Source: Stegostoma tigrinum
Lineage: Eukaryota
Reading direction: 5' to 3'
Assembly: GCF_030684315.1 (NCBI RefSeq)
Contig: NC_081396.1
Span: forward strand, 5,704,001 to 5,768,000
Length of the DNA stretch: 64,000 nucleotides
The notes under the pieces are model-generated. The model saw nothing but the letters and a program-made list of their open reading frames with translations, was not told the origin of the DNA and did not search any database. This document shows positions 62,588-64,000 of this stretch, in pieces. How positions within the stretch are numbered: the stretch's first letter is position 1; each line of letters starts with the position of its first letter. Position numbers and translations under genes: made by a program.

Positions 62588-64000
62588 GTTTGCAGACAGA
62601 TCACGACGGAAGTGAGCAGAACTGGCCGAAGATAAGTTGGGTTTCAGCAAGTGTTGGAAACAGGTTGAGTCATTTCCGGATCTCCACTCATTGGTTCATT
62701 GTTGGCAAACACAACAGATGGCAGCCAATGAGCTCCAAGATCCTTTGTTCTTCGATTTAACAAAGCCGTTTCAAACTCCTTCGACGACACTGTGTGGAGC
62801 TGGAGGAACACGACAGGTCAGGCAGCATTACAGAAGTTTCATTAACTTCACACCGTTGTGCCTGACTTCAGCATCTGCAGTAATTGCTATCTTCAATCCC
62901 CTCCATATCATGGCTCTTCTGAGAAAGGACCAAAGTTCGGAAGAAGGTTTGCAGTGCCCGTAAAGTTAACTCAGTTATCTCTTCACAGTTGATGCTAGAC
63001 CTGCTGAGTTTCTCCAGCTATTCCTGCTTTTGCTTCAGATTTCAAGCACCCGCTGTGCTTTCTTATTTTTGCTTAAGGAGCTGTAGAATTTGCAGACAGG
63101 TGGATCTCACTGACAATGAGATCGATGGTTGGCTTATTAACTTGCGCGAGACAGGGAGCCCTGGGCAATTTATATAAACAGGAGGCTGTGAATCTTCTAA
63201 TTTCAGGGGACTGACTCTGAGCTGGCTGGCCACAGCCAGTGTAGTCAGTATGTGTGAATGAAGGGCCACTTGGTGAGGAAATGTCGGCCTCCGTCCAGTC
63301 ATTTCAGGAGCAAAATAAATTTGCTCATTAATAAACAGCGTTTTGGACAGAGGTCAAATCAAATGTTGTCCCGTAACAGTTATCATTTCTGTAAGCGAAA
63401 CCAGTGAAGGGACTTTGTTCGAGTATCAGAAATGCGTTTCCCCACTTACAAGGTGCTCTTGGACTTTGTAGACTCCCTGCAACTGATGCAGAGGACCAGA
63501 AGGTCTGAGACATTGCATATAGTAATGAGAAAAATAGCCAAATATATAAAGAAACAAGCAAATTTCTAATGAACTAAGCAGTAGAATGGAATGTTGCTTT
63601 TGCTGCATTTACTGGGTAAGATCCATTGCTACCAGATTTGGTTAAATTTTCTTATTGACATTGTAAATGTAACACCAGTACCTGTATCAGATGCACTGCA
63701 GTGGTTCAAATCGATTTTCATTGCCATATTGTCACGGGCAATTAGAGATGGAGGCTCACGTGGCTAGTCACGCGTGCACAAGAATAATGGATTTTTAAAA
63801 ATACATATTGTTGTAAAGTCTCCTTCATCGAAATGGGAGTGGGGCAACAGCAGACATACACGTCAGTGCACAGTCCAAATTGTGATTGAAGTGAAGGTAT
63901 CACTGCCGGGATTACAGGTGACACAAGAACAAAGCGGAAGAAAAGTGGTGAGGATGACTGAAATAGTCTACAAGAAGACAAACGTTTCTACTGTTTCAGT

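Noticed and set aside
1-64000. CRISPR arrays, operons or other prokaryotic systems; TCR constant exons
   Set aside because: The sequence is intron-containing vertebrate DNA; no repeat-spacer arrays or C1-set exons were seen.

Overview
Eukaryotic, repeat-rich cartilaginous-fish (shark) genomic DNA from the V-segment array of the T-cell receptor alpha/delta locus. The lineage is inferred from the NAR-TCR cassette and from HE1-type SINE, CR1 and Penelope repeats. The window holds a complete germline NAR-TCR cassette on the + strand (leader, VNAR-like V, D, J, leaderless supporting V-delta, with readable RSSs and in-frame splice sites). It also holds one apparently functional TCR alpha/delta V gene on the - strand, its pseudogene paralog, and at least three more V relics. 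Interleaved among the V segments are two intact two-exon GPR139/GPR142-like class A GPCR genes and one GPCR pseudogene. Duplicated blocks suggest the GPCRs and V segments expanded together, and V(D)J joining would delete or invert the GPCRs somatically; this is the most novel-looking aspect. The remainder is transposon debris: two Gmr1-type (integrase-before-RT) Gypsy relics, CR1 LINEs, tRNA-derived SINEs and Penelope-like termini carrying minimal hammerhead-ribozyme motifs. No C exon or conventional D/J cluster was found. All calls were made by eye without database searches.
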